Virus record (IMG/VR): IMGVR_UViG_3300036805_000137
Location: 1 to 64,000 of that record
Source: a virus
Taxonomy: Duplodnaviria; Caudoviricetes
Length of the DNA: 64,000 bases
Direction: 5' to 3' (one strand)
Each line of letters begins with the position of its first letter. Position 1 is the first letter of the stretch. A program made the translations under genes and the position numbers. The notes below the pieces were generated by a model, which saw only the letters and a program-made list of their open reading frames with translations, was not told where the DNA came from and made no database searches. Shown here piece after piece: positions 45,957 to 55,700 of this stretch.

Positions 45957-47849
45957 ATGCCACTCGACTGGGTACCCGCGGATGCACCACCACTGCCACC
46001 CGCGCTGCCCCGGCCATCTTTCAACCGGGCTGGATTTCGACCAGCACCGCTGCCCGGTATCAGTTTCGGACTGGCAAGCCGTAATCCGCGAGTGCAGCCG
46101 GCCACTGTGTTTGGTGAGCTCACGGCGGATGGTCGCAGCATCGTGCTGGTAGTCAGTGGTGATCCGTGGTCGTGTGAGAAAGCATTTGATGAGCTGGCCG
46201 AGTTCACCGCTAAGATCAAGCCGGCAGAAGATGGCCTGACTCTGACCACGCCACTGACTTGGCCGACCATCATTCAGCTGTCGTGTGCGTTCGGCTCGAA
46301 CTGGTCGGCAGGCAACCGGCTGCAGACGTGGTTTTTCGGGGAGCTCGCGCGGCGCACCCAGTGGATTGACAAGCCGCTGCGCTACCAACTGCCGGCGGGC
46401 CTAGAGCTGCGTCCGTGGCAGCCGCTGGCGGTGCGCCAGGTGGCTCATATGGGCTGCCTGCTGGAAGATGCCCCGCGGCTGGGCAAAACCATCAGCGCGA
46501 TTGTGGGCCTCGCTGAGCGGGCCTGCTGGCCGGTCTATGGGGACGTCACGCCGTGCGTGGTGGTGTGCCCGGCATCCGTGGTCACCGCGTGGGTGCGAGC
46601 TTTCGAGCTCTGGGCTCCGCACTGGCGCGTCATTGCCTGGCGCGGCGGCAACAAAGATCAGCGCCGCGAGTGGGTCGGTGCCTATGACGTCTATGTGGCC
46701 AGCTATGCCGTTGCGCGTCGCGATGCCAAGGCCGGGGCCAACCTGGGTGACTCGCCGCTGGCCCGGATCAAAGCACCTACAGTGATCGCGGATGAGTATC
46801 ACTGGCTAGGCAATCCTGATGCTCAGCAAACCCGGGCAACGCAGCGGCTGGCCCGCCAGGCCCGCATCTTTATCCCACTGTCGGGCACGCCTTTCAATCA
46901 CAACATTTCCAATATGCAGCCCACTTTGGAGGTGTTCGAGCCGCCGGCATTCCCGGCCAGAGAGCGCATTGTCACACGGTGGTGCACGCAAAAGTCACTG
47001 GATTACGGCACCAAAATCACTGGTATCAACCCGCTGCGTGAGGCTGAGATGCGCACGTGTTTTCTGGGCCGGCAGTTGCGGCGGGCTCGCGAGGACGTGG
47101 CGGAATGGCTGAGCAGTAAAACCTACAGCACGCGCATGGTACCAATCCCGCAGCCATATCTCAAGATGTACAGGGATATGGAAAACCGGATGATCGCAGA
47201 GTTGGATAACGGTGATGAGGTCACCGTGATGTCCACTATCACCAAAATCCAGCGGCTGCAACAGTTATCCGCATCGGCTTGTGATCTGTCGGTTACCTAC
47301 ACACAGGATGAGGAGACCGGTGATGACATCGAGCACCAGCACCTGACACCTCGGCTGCCCAGCTGGAAAGTAGACGCCATGATCGATGTGCTGGCTGAGC
47401 TGGAATGGCCGGCTATCGCCTTCGGCATCTCCAAGCCGCTGATGCTCATCGCGGGGCAGGAGGCAACGCGCCAAGGCGCCCGCGTGGGCTATGTGGTGGG
47501 CGGCCAGACCACCCGGATCCGTGATGCCGATGTGGACGCGTTCCAAGCCGGCAAACTCGATCTGCTCTGCGTAGTCGTGCAGGCAGGCGGTACGGGCCTC
47601 ACCCTCAATGCGGCCGGCACAGAGATCTTCTTACAGCGCCCGTACTCGTTTGTGGATTCCACTCAGGCAGAGGATCGAGGCGTGGGTGAGCGGTATCCCA
47701 CGCTCGACATTGTTGATCTCGTGGCGGAAAACAGTGTCGATAACCGCATCCGCGAAATACTCCATGGAAAGGCCGCACAGCTGTCACAGTACCTAGCAGA
47801 TCCTCGCATTGTCCGTGAGTTGTTTGGGGGAAAGGTGAAAGCAGCATGA
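45957..47849 (+). CDS. SNF2-like helicase
   Basis: LRPWQ, LEDAPRLGKT, VVCPAS, IADEYH, LSGTP, AGGTGLTL, QAEDR. Confidence 0.85.
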   Translation: MPLDWVPADAPPLPPALPRPSFNRAGFRPAPLPGISFGLASRNPRVQPATVFGELTADGRSIVLVVSGDPWSCEKAFDELAEFTAKIKPAEDGLTLTTPLTWPTIIQLSCAFGSNWSAGNRLQTWFFGELARRTQWIDKPLRYQLPAGLELRPWQPLAVRQVAHMGCLLEDAPRLGKTISAIVGLAERACWPVYGDVTPCVVVCPASVVTAWVRAFELWAPHWRVIAWRGGNKDQRREWVGAYDVYVASYAVARRDAKAGANLGDSPLARIKAPTVIADEYHWLGNPDAQQTRATQRLARQARIFIPLSGTPFNHNISNMQPTLEVFEPPAFPARERIVTRWCTQKSLDYGTKITGINPLREAEMRTCFLGRQLRRAREDVAEWLSSKTYSTRMVPIPQPYLKMYRDMENRMIAELDNGDEVTVMSTITKIQRLQQLSASACDLSVTYTQDEETGDDIEHQHLTPRLPSWKVDAMIDVLAELEWPAIAFGISKPLMLIAGQEATRQGARVGYVVGGQTTRIRDADVDAFQAGKLDLLCVVVQAGGTGLTLNAAGTEIFLQRPYSFVDSTQAEDRGVGERYPTLDIVDLVAENSVDNRIREILHGKAAQLSQYLADPRIVRELFGGKVKAA

Positions 47850-48367
47850 GAACTATTCTCCTAACGGACTCTGACGTAATTCTACTTGATGACTCTGACT
47901 ATAATCTAGCAAAGAGATACAATTGGTGGGCTTTGCGCACTACAAATGGAAAGAAAATAAAATATGCTGCATCCGATGTATTCACACGAGGTGAGCGCTG
48001 CACATTATTGCTACATCGAGTATTATTGCAACCGCGAGCAGATCAATACATAGATCACATAAACCACAATGGTTTAGATGATCAAAGACACAATCTCCGT
48101 GTTTGCACAATGTCTCAAAATCAAGGTAACCGAAGGAAGCAATCCAACAACACATCCGGTTATAAAGGTGTGCACTGGCATACCCAAAGACAAAAATGGT
48201 GCGCAAGCATCAAAATTAATTACCGATCACACTCACTGGGATTATGGTCTGACCCTTGGAGAGCTGCCCAAGCATATAACAGAGCAGCCTTGGAAGCATG
48301 GGGCGAATTCGCATTGATCAACGTGGAACTAGCGGAGGAAAGGTCAAAGCAGCATGAGGCTATTTAA
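47846..48367 (+). CDS. HNH endonuclease with AP2 domain
   Basis: LHRVLL...IDHINHNGLDDQRHNLR...QN..N; SGYKGV.W...KW.A.I...LG...AAQAYNRAA. Confidence 0.88.
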   Translation: MRTILLTDSDVILLDDSDYNLAKRYNWWALRTTNGKKIKYAASDVFTRGERCTLLLHRVLLQPRADQYIDHINHNGLDDQRHNLRVCTMSQNQGNRRKQSNNTSGYKGVHWHTQRQKWCASIKINYRSHSLGLWSDPWRAAQAYNRAALEAWGEFALINVELAEERSKQHEAI

Positions 48368-48686
48368 CAAATTCCTGGTAAGACGCCGGGACGGATCCGT
48401 ACCGAGCTGGCCATGGTTCGTGATCGGTGCGGCCGACCCCGCGGCGCCACATGCATTACGCGCCTACGCAGAAGCTGCCCAGTATCAGTACGGGATGGAT
48501 CCAGAGTACTGCGGGCAAATCCGCAAACTTGCGGAGCGTTTCGAGGAATGGCAAGCGGAGAACTTCACAGGAGATCCTGATGCCGGGCCTCACCGGAAAG
48601 ACAATGACAGTATCTGTGCGATGATTCCCGAGTATGCGACCGAACTACCGCCCGAGTACAACCGGAGACAGACACAGAACACGTAG
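48354..48686 (+). CDS. Conserved hypothetical phage protein
   Basis: FLVRRRDG...FVIGAADPAAPHALRAYA. Confidence 0.6.
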   Translation: MRLFNKFLVRRRDGSVPSWPWFVIGAADPAAPHALRAYAEAAQYQYGMDPEYCGQIRKLAERFEEWQAENFTGDPDAGPHRKDNDSICAMIPEYATELPPEYNRRQTQNT

Positions 48687-48874
48687 GAATCAACTACAGC
48701 ACCGATCGGGGTAGGGAATCATGACCGCTGCAGCCGCACCAATCAGCACCGTTGTTGGTGACACCGCACAATCCACCATGGAGGTACAGGCTGTCATTCT
48801 CCATTTAGCTCACCGGCCCCTGAACTGCCGGTGCTCCGTCTGCCAGATGTTCCTAGACCAAAGGACTCGCCACT

Positions 48875-49579
48875 GTGACCACCTCATCTGATGCCCATTT
48901 CCGCTGGGAACCATACCCGGAACCGCCACCGCTGCCACTGCCGCAATCCGCTCTGAGGCCCCCGACCAGAGCATGGGAATACAACCCATTCCTGCCACTT
49001 ATCCACGTGCCCAGTGACACCAATAACCTGCCTGCAATACCGGAACCCCCGTTGCCGCCACCGCCGTTGTACACCCTTCACATTCCCTATCCCGAACCAC
49101 CTGCATACACGTGGGATTCAGAAAAAATGCAGTGGGTGGCAACTCATCCCCTGCCACTACCTGAGCTCACGCCACGAAAGGCAGCGGTGCTCAATCGGCC
49201 TGGCCGGGCGCCGTACAGTCTCCATGATGCTGATCCCATATGGGATGCGACTGTCAATGATGCGGAAGTGTGCCCCGTGGATGAGGCTAACATCCTCACC
49301 TCTGAGGTGGCGGGTAAGCCGGGCATGCACAAGGTGGCGCTTGATATCGATTTGCCGGCCAAGTTGTTGCCGTCCAGCACTCCCGGCCATTGGCATCTCT
49401 ACATTGACTGTGATGTGCCCTGGGAGGTCTACACCAAGCTCTTGGACACGCTGGTCGAGGCCGGGGTTATCGAAGTGGGTTACGCCAGGGCTAGCAAGCT
49501 CCGTGGCTATACCTCTGTGCGCCCTCCGTGGATGCCCAAGACTGAGGACGAACGGGCTAACGGAGGTATCAGCAGGTGA
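48875..49579 (+). CDS. Pro-rich protein with C-terminal DxD/SxxxGH domain
   Basis: AAAGGA RBS; VALDIDL and SSTPGHWHLY. Confidence 0.55.
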   Translation: MTTSSDAHFRWEPYPEPPPLPLPQSALRPPTRAWEYNPFLPLIHVPSDTNNLPAIPEPPLPPPPLYTLHIPYPEPPAYTWDSEKMQWVATHPLPLPELTPRKAAVLNRPGRAPYSLHDADPIWDATVNDAEVCPVDEANILTSEVAGKPGMHKVALDIDLPAKLLPSSTPGHWHLYIDCDVPWEVYTKLLDTLVEAGVIEVGYARASKLRGYTSVRPPWMPKTEDERANGGISR

Positions 49580-49770
49580 TGACCACTGCCACTGAAAAAA
49601 GCGGATGGAGCTGGCCGCTGACCGCGCGCAAGGCACATTACTTCACCGCGGGACAATCATTGTGCGGCGGCTGGACACCGACCGGCACAATCAGCAAAGA
49701 GCGCGTTGCTGGGCCTACCTGCTGTTCAGTTTGCGAGCAACAATTACGCGAGTTGGGAGGCATCAAGTGA
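49576..49770 (+). CDS. Small Cys/His zinc-binding hypothetical protein
   Basis: KAHYF...SLCG...CCSVC; GTGA overlap. Confidence 0.55.
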   Translation: MMTTATEKSGWSWPLTARKAHYFTAGQSLCGGWTPTGTISKERVAGPTCCSVCEQQLRELGGIK

Positions 49771-50276
49771 CCATCTCGGTTGAGGATATCGTAGTGATAG
49801 GAGTCGACCCTGGCCCGCGCCCTGGCATTGTCGGTTTGCGCTACTCACCGCAACGGGTGCGGACCGCGGCGCCGGCCATTATTCAGTGCACACTCAACGT
49901 CGCGCTAGCATGTATCCAGGCCATTATCCCGGCAGATGTCAAGCGCATCTATTTGTCCTATGAGCCTTTCGTGATAGGTGCACGATCGGCCAAGGTGAGC
50001 ACGCCGGCTGCCAGCGCTGCTACCGCGCGGTTCTGTGGAGCTCTGCAGACGCTGGCCTACAGCGACAACCGCATCGTGCTGCGCCACCACCAAGCGTCCG
50101 CGGTCAAGCCCTGGGGCATGGAGGAACGCCTAGAGCGCGCCGGGCTGCACATGCTGGTCAAGGGCATGACTCACGCCCGTGACGGGGCCAAGCAGGCGCT
50201 GTACTGCGCCACCCACGATGCCGGCGTGCCTGATCCATTGAGCAAGCGGCACAAGCTAGCGGAGGTGGCCCCGTGA
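49767..50276 (+). CDS. RuvC-like Holliday junction resolvase
   Basis: VVIGVDPG, YEPF, VK.W, HARDGAKQAL; GGGAGG RBS. Confidence 0.75.
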   Translation: MTISVEDIVVIGVDPGPRPGIVGLRYSPQRVRTAAPAIIQCTLNVALACIQAIIPADVKRIYLSYEPFVIGARSAKVSTPAASAATARFCGALQTLAYSDNRIVLRHHQASAVKPWGMEERLERAGLHMLVKGMTHARDGAKQALYCATHDAGVPDPLSKRHKLAEVAP

Positions 50277-50743
50277 TGCCGCTGTGCGGGGGTATGGGTG
50301 CTGAGCATCCCCGACCAGCCAGCCCGCAGCGAGCGATGAGCCCGGCACATCTCGTGGCGTATTTCCACCAGTGGGCCTATGACGAACATTTCGGGGAAGG
50401 CACCGGGGATTGCAGTCTGCGCATCAATTTGCACAACAGCGAGCATGCCGAGCTCATCGAGGCACTAGAGTCTGATGCCCCGGGAGGTACCGGTGTGGTC
50501 GATTGGTTGACCGCAGTAGCGCACGAGCTGGCCGATGTGGTGTGGGTGGCCTATGGCACGGCGCACAGTCTAGGTATCCCGCTGGATCAGGTGCTACGGG
50601 CATTGTACCGATCACTGCTCACGCGCACCAATGCTGATGGCAGTCCCGCGCTGCGTGAGGACAACAAAGTCACCAAGGGTGTCAACTACCGTCCACCCAC
50701 AGAAGATATCCGAGCAATCATAGAAAGGGCCACACAATCATGA
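50273..50743 (+). CDS. MazG-like / PRA-PH-like nucleotide pyrophosphohydrolase
   Basis: INLHNSEHAEL, HELADVVWVAYG, REDNKVTKG.NY.PP. Confidence 0.75.
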   Translation: MMPLCGGMGAEHPRPASPQRAMSPAHLVAYFHQWAYDEHFGEGTGDCSLRINLHNSEHAELIEALESDAPGGTGVVDWLTAVAHELADVVWVAYGTAHSLGIPLDQVLRALYRSLLTRTNADGSPALREDNKVTKGVNYRPPTEDIRAIIERATQS

Positions 50744-51141
50744 GCTATTTCACCGCCACCCAGCAAGACATCTCAGAGGCTGTCAAAAAAGCCATTGAGA
50801 GCACGCGAGGTCACTACCTGGCTGATCTGACTATAGAAGCGTATGAGGTGGCCGTCTCGAAAGGATGGGAGGAAGACGCACACACCCGCACCTTTGGTGA
50901 TGAGGTTGCGCTGATTCACACAGAGGCCAGCGAGGCATTCGAGGCATACCGCAAACGAGGATTCGAGGCATGGGAAGGGAAAGACGGCAAGCCTGAGGGT
51001 GTCGGGTCAGAATTCGCGGACGTGTTTATCCGACTCCTGCACTACTGCTACGTGCACGGCATCGATCTGCAAGCCGAATACGACCGAAAGACAGCGTACA
51101 ACCGCACCCGTGAGTACCGGCATGGGGGCAAAAGACTATGA
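50740..51141 (+). CDS. MazG-like NTP pyrophosphohydrolase
   Basis: ALIHTEASEAFEAYRK, SEFADVFIRLL, K.AYN.TR.YRHGGK. Confidence 0.85.
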   Translation: MSYFTATQQDISEAVKKAIESTRGHYLADLTIEAYEVAVSKGWEEDAHTRTFGDEVALIHTEASEAFEAYRKRGFEAWEGKDGKPEGVGSEFADVFIRLLHYCYVHGIDLQAEYDRKTAYNRTREYRHGGKRL

Positions 51142-51785
51142 CGTGCATCAGCTCTTGGGAAGCATTCCCTGATCGGGATCAACTACCGGACTATCCATTG
51201 ACAGAAGACGAACGCGTAGCCCTATCCAATCAAACCCAAGACGCAACCAATGCGGAGCACAGTATGACTCCCGAAACCACTAACCCAAACGCCATCTACT
51301 ACCTCGCTGGCCCGATGGCGGGATACCCTGATCACAATCACCCGGCATTCCATAAGGCTGCCGCTACGTTGCGGGCATGCGGTCACGTTGTGGTCAATCC
51401 AGCTGAGTACGGCAATCTCATCATGCTGGGTTGGCAAGGCGCGATGAAACGTGACCTGCACGCAATGTTGTGGTGTGACGCGCTGGTGATGCTGCCAGGC
51501 TGGGAAAAATCCAGAGGTGCCCGGCTGGAAACCCGTACAGCCTGGGATCTCGAAATGCCCATCTACTCACTCGATGTCATGCTCTGCGACTGCATCCGGC
51601 CGCATGTGGGCGCGATGGTGTGGCACACCGAATCCTGCCTGGCGCGGCGCGTACCGATCAGCACCATTCCCGCTGATGACCTGACCACCGTGGCGATGTA
51701 CGCGCGGACCTATGCCGATGGCGAGCCGCACGCTGCCGCCGGCCGGGTGCTGCAGGGTCTGGGCAAATTGGTGTCACCGCTATGA
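51138..51785 (+). CDS. DUF4406 (nucleoside deoxyribosyltransferase-like) protein
   Basis: YYLAGPMAG, NHPAF, VVNPAE, CDALVMLPGWEKSRGARLE. Confidence 0.8.
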   Translation: MTCISSWEAFPDRDQLPDYPLTEDERVALSNQTQDATNAEHSMTPETTNPNAIYYLAGPMAGYPDHNHPAFHKAAATLRACGHVVVNPAEYGNLIMLGWQGAMKRDLHAMLWCDALVMLPGWEKSRGARLETRTAWDLEMPIYSLDVMLCDCIRPHVGAMVWHTESCLARRVPISTIPADDLTTVAMYARTYADGEPHAAAGRVLQGLGKLVSPL

Positions 51786-52078
51786 GGGCGCGGCTAAGAG
51801 CATTCCTTATGTACGTCGTGTACACGGTGGCCGCGGTGTACTCGTGGGTAGCCGGCCCGGTCAACATCCTATACACCAAGATACGCAAGAGGTGATGAAG
51901 TGGCCATAACAGCATGGATTATGTTAGGGCTACTACTCGGATACCTCTGGGCAGGTATCTAGGAGGTGATGAAGATGGACACGCCTGATGGTTACACAGA
52001 GGGGGAAGCAATCGAATCTGTCGAGCTCGACTGGAATACGATATGTGACGCGAACAAATAACGGTAGGAGGTGACGAA

Positions 52079-52294
52079 ATGGCCTGCATCTTTTTGACCG
52101 ATGACGAAAGCGTTTATGTAGCCGAATGGACCGGATCCTCACAATACAAATTGGTTGTCAATGGCAGTACATGCGGTCTGTTTCGCACCGTGGAAGATGC
52201 TAAGAGCGCATGGCGGGGGTTGCAGTTGACACCACGGCACACCTGGGAAAACGGCGGCCCGGCACAATCGGAATCATGTAGGACCATAATCTAA
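52079..52294 (+). CDS. Small hypothetical protein
   Basis: GGAGG RBS. Confidence 0.45.
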   Translation: MACIFLTDDESVYVAEWTGSSQYKLVVNGSTCGLFRTVEDAKSAWRGLQLTPRHTWENGGPAQSESCRTII

Positions 52295-52331
52295 AGAACT
52301 GGCACGATTCGGCATACACATAACGGGGTAG

Positions 52332-52709
52332 GTGGTTAGAATGCAGTCACACGTGCCAGGACAGGTATACCTTTTGCATTTCACGGTTCCCTACGTGGCA
52401 ATCCAGCATCCAGGCAAAAAATACCAGTGTGCAAAGCATTACCTGGGCTGGTCGAAAGATCTCATCGCCCGGCTGGCTGCGCACAAGAATGGCAATGGCT
52501 CGCGATTGGTGCAGGTAATCAACGATGCTGGTATCGAATGGGAGCTGGCCCGGGTGTGGAATGGTGACCGTTTCCTCGAGAGACAATTAAAGAAACGTGG
52601 TGGACGTAGCCGGATCTGTCCTATCTGCCAGGGCACCGGAATAGCCCTGCAGTGGGAGACATATAACACAACCGCAGCATTACTAACCGGGATAAGTGTG
52701 GGTGCATAA
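52332..52709 (+). CDS. GIY-YIG-like nuclease
   Basis: VYLLHF...HYLGWS..L..RL..H..G.G...E..LK...CPIC. Confidence 0.7.
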   Translation: MVRMQSHVPGQVYLLHFTVPYVAIQHPGKKYQCAKHYLGWSKDLIARLAAHKNGNGSRLVQVINDAGIEWELARVWNGDRFLERQLKKRGGRSRICPICQGTGIALQWETYNTTAALLTGISVGA

Positions 52710-55700
52710 TGGCTTACGGTGGATATGCATCATTCTATGTGATAGCTGGCTGGCGGTGTGTACTGCCGGTGCCGGTCCGGTCGAAGACACCGCCACCTAC
52801 CGGCTACACGGGTGATCACGGTACCGATGTGGTAGCGCCTGAGGTGTTGGCGAAATGGGAGCGAGCTCACGCGGATGACTCGATCGCATTGCGGCTGCCG
52901 GCCGGCGTGATCTGTATCGATATTGATCATTACGATAAGCCCAAGGTGTTGCCCGATGGCACGGTCACCGTAGTGGCCAAGCGGGGCAATGACACCATTG
53001 CCGAATATGAGGCCAAGTGGGGACCGCTGCCGCCCACCTGGGCGAGCACCGCGCGGGGGGATCCCAACACGGGCGCCGGCCCTTCCCGAACGTTGTTTTA
53101 CCGGGTGCCGCCCGGGCGTTATGCCACCACCCTGGGCGACCCGCGCAACGGCGCGGTGGAAATCCTGCAGCGCCACCACCGCTACTGCGTGGTGTGGCCT
53201 TCGATCAACCCGGACGCCAACAATGCGCAGTACTACTGGTACGGGCCTGGGGATCTGGGCGAGCAACGGCCACCGTGGATCGATGAGCTGACGCTACTGC
53301 CCAACGCCTGGGTGATCGGGCTCGCAGAAGGCGCCAGCGCGGCCAGCGCGCCCGCGGCACCCATGGCCGAGGGCGCGGCGCTGCTCGCGGCTCTGCTCGA
53401 TGATGACCGGCCGCCGTGCGCGGACATCACCAACATTGCCCTGACCGCGGCTGATGAGCTTGACCACGCGGCGGCGGGCAGCCGTCATGACATCGCCACC
53501 GGTCGGATCTTCCAGCTGATCCGAGCGGCTGCGTTCGGCCACCCGGGCGCGGGCGAGGTGCTGGCCGACCTGCGCACCCGCTGGGATGCCCTGACCGCGG
53601 GCGAGCACCGGGCCGATGAATTCGAGCGGATGGCCAGCTCCGCGGCGTGCAAGGCAGTAACCGAGGTCAGCGCCACCGGCTGCCCGGTGCCCGTGGCCTA
53701 TGACCCGTGCCTCATGGGTACCGTCGTTGCGCCACCGGTCCCGGGCCGACCTAGCCACACCACCGGCCCCGATGGTGAGCTCGATGACGCCAGTGATGCC
53801 GATGTGCTCGATATCCCCGCGCCGGCACCGCCCATCATCTGGTCTAGGCGAGCGCTGATCGGCACTGGTGCCTTCGACCCCCGCGGGCATCTTGATCAGG
53901 TGCTCGCTGCCCAAGCACTAGAGCGGATCCAACCGGTGCTGCGGTTCGCCACCGATGTGGGCGCGTGGGCGGTCCGTGGCCCGTACTCCTGGGATATGGC
54001 GCCCGGCGATATGGCCGACTGGGCACTGACGGAACTGTTCGACCTGATGCCCCACGGCGACCCGGACTCAGAATCCACTGAGGCACAGGACCGCGCGGCG
54101 CGGCGCAAACGGTTTGGGCAAAACAGCGGGTCAGCGGGGATAGCGAGCAAACTGCGGGCACTGGTGCGGGCCTCTGGCGCATCGAGCACGGTCCGGCTGT
54201 CCGACCTCGATGCCGATCCCGAGATTATGTGGGCCGGGCGGCTGCCGTGGGCGCTGCGCAGCTGCATCGAGCGTCCCGCGCTAGCCAACCTGCCTGCTGA
54301 CACCCCGCACCTGCACTCAGCCGGCGTGGCGCCCTCTGGGCTGGGTATCGAGCACCCTACACCGGCCTGGGATGCGTTCTTGGCCGCGGTGTGGCCGGAT
54401 CCGGCTATCCGACAGTGGGCGCTGCACGTGGTCTCTGTAGCCCTGACCGGCTACTCAGACGCAGTGATGCCCCTGCTCTGGGGGGAGACCGGCCGCGGGA
54501 AGACAGCGTTTACCGCGCTGGTGATGTCCGTGCTGGGCAGCTATGCCATCGCGGCTGATCCCCGGCTGTTGACCAGCGCGGCCGACAACGCGCATGCCTC
54601 GATCATCTACGCGCTGCGGGGGGTCCGGCTGGCCTTCATCGATGAGGGGCCACGGGATGCCAAGTGGGCGGTGTCCAAGCTCAAGCAGCTCACCGGGGGA
54701 GCTCGCCTGACCGGCAACCCGATGCGCGGCAACCCGGTGAACTTCGACCCCTCGCACACCCTGATGCTGACCTGCAACCCTGAGGAGACACCGGGTTTTC
54801 AAGACAAGGCGTTGCGGCGCCGGCTGCGGTTGATCCCGTGCGAGGGCGAGCCTGACGCGGTCGGCCGGGCGCGGGCTGCGATCACCCCGGCGATCTGGCG
54901 GGCAGAGGCACCGGGCGTGCTGGCCAAGCTGATGCACGCCACTGCTCGATGGCTCGATGACCCGGGTGTGGCTGCGCAGTGGAGTGCACCTGAGGCGATC
55001 CGGTTTCGCGCGGAAGACATCGCCAATGAGGAAGATCAGATCAGGCAGTGGATCGATGCCGAGATGGAGCCATGCGATCACGGCACCCGGGTCAGCGACC
55101 TGCTCATCTGGTTTATCGACTGGCTGCGCAAGGTCGCACCCCGGGCCAACCCTCCCAGCGCTACGCTGTTCGGCCGCAAACTGACTGAGCTGGGCTACCT
55201 GGCACTGCACCAGCGGGACGGCAAACACCGCCCATTGCGGCGCCGGCAGACCAACTACGGGCCTGACGTGCCCCCACCAAGCGCGCCTGGGCCGGGCCAA
55301 CCGATCCATGCACCACTGCCACCCATGCCCCCGCTCACAGTGATCCAGTACGACCAGCGCAACGCCGCACCCAGATCAACAGGCCCCTCCGCAGATGCGG
55401 CACCGACTACGGCGCCTGACGGGGGTAGCGCGCGCAGCTCTGACAACCCCGGCGACCTGCCCACACCCCCGACTGAAACGATCATGAGTAGCGGGGCGGT
55501 AGTTCCGCGCGAGCCTACCCCCGTTGCTGAAACGGAGCCGCAAACACGGAATTGTGCACAAGCAAACGAAACCGCATCTGCTGACCCCCGTTCCCCTGGT
55601 AGTGACCGCATCTGCGAAAAATTAGGCCAAACGGATGGTGATGGTGACCTCGCTGCGAGCGCTGAGCTTGATCGCAGACACGAACAGAGCAGCAAACGAT

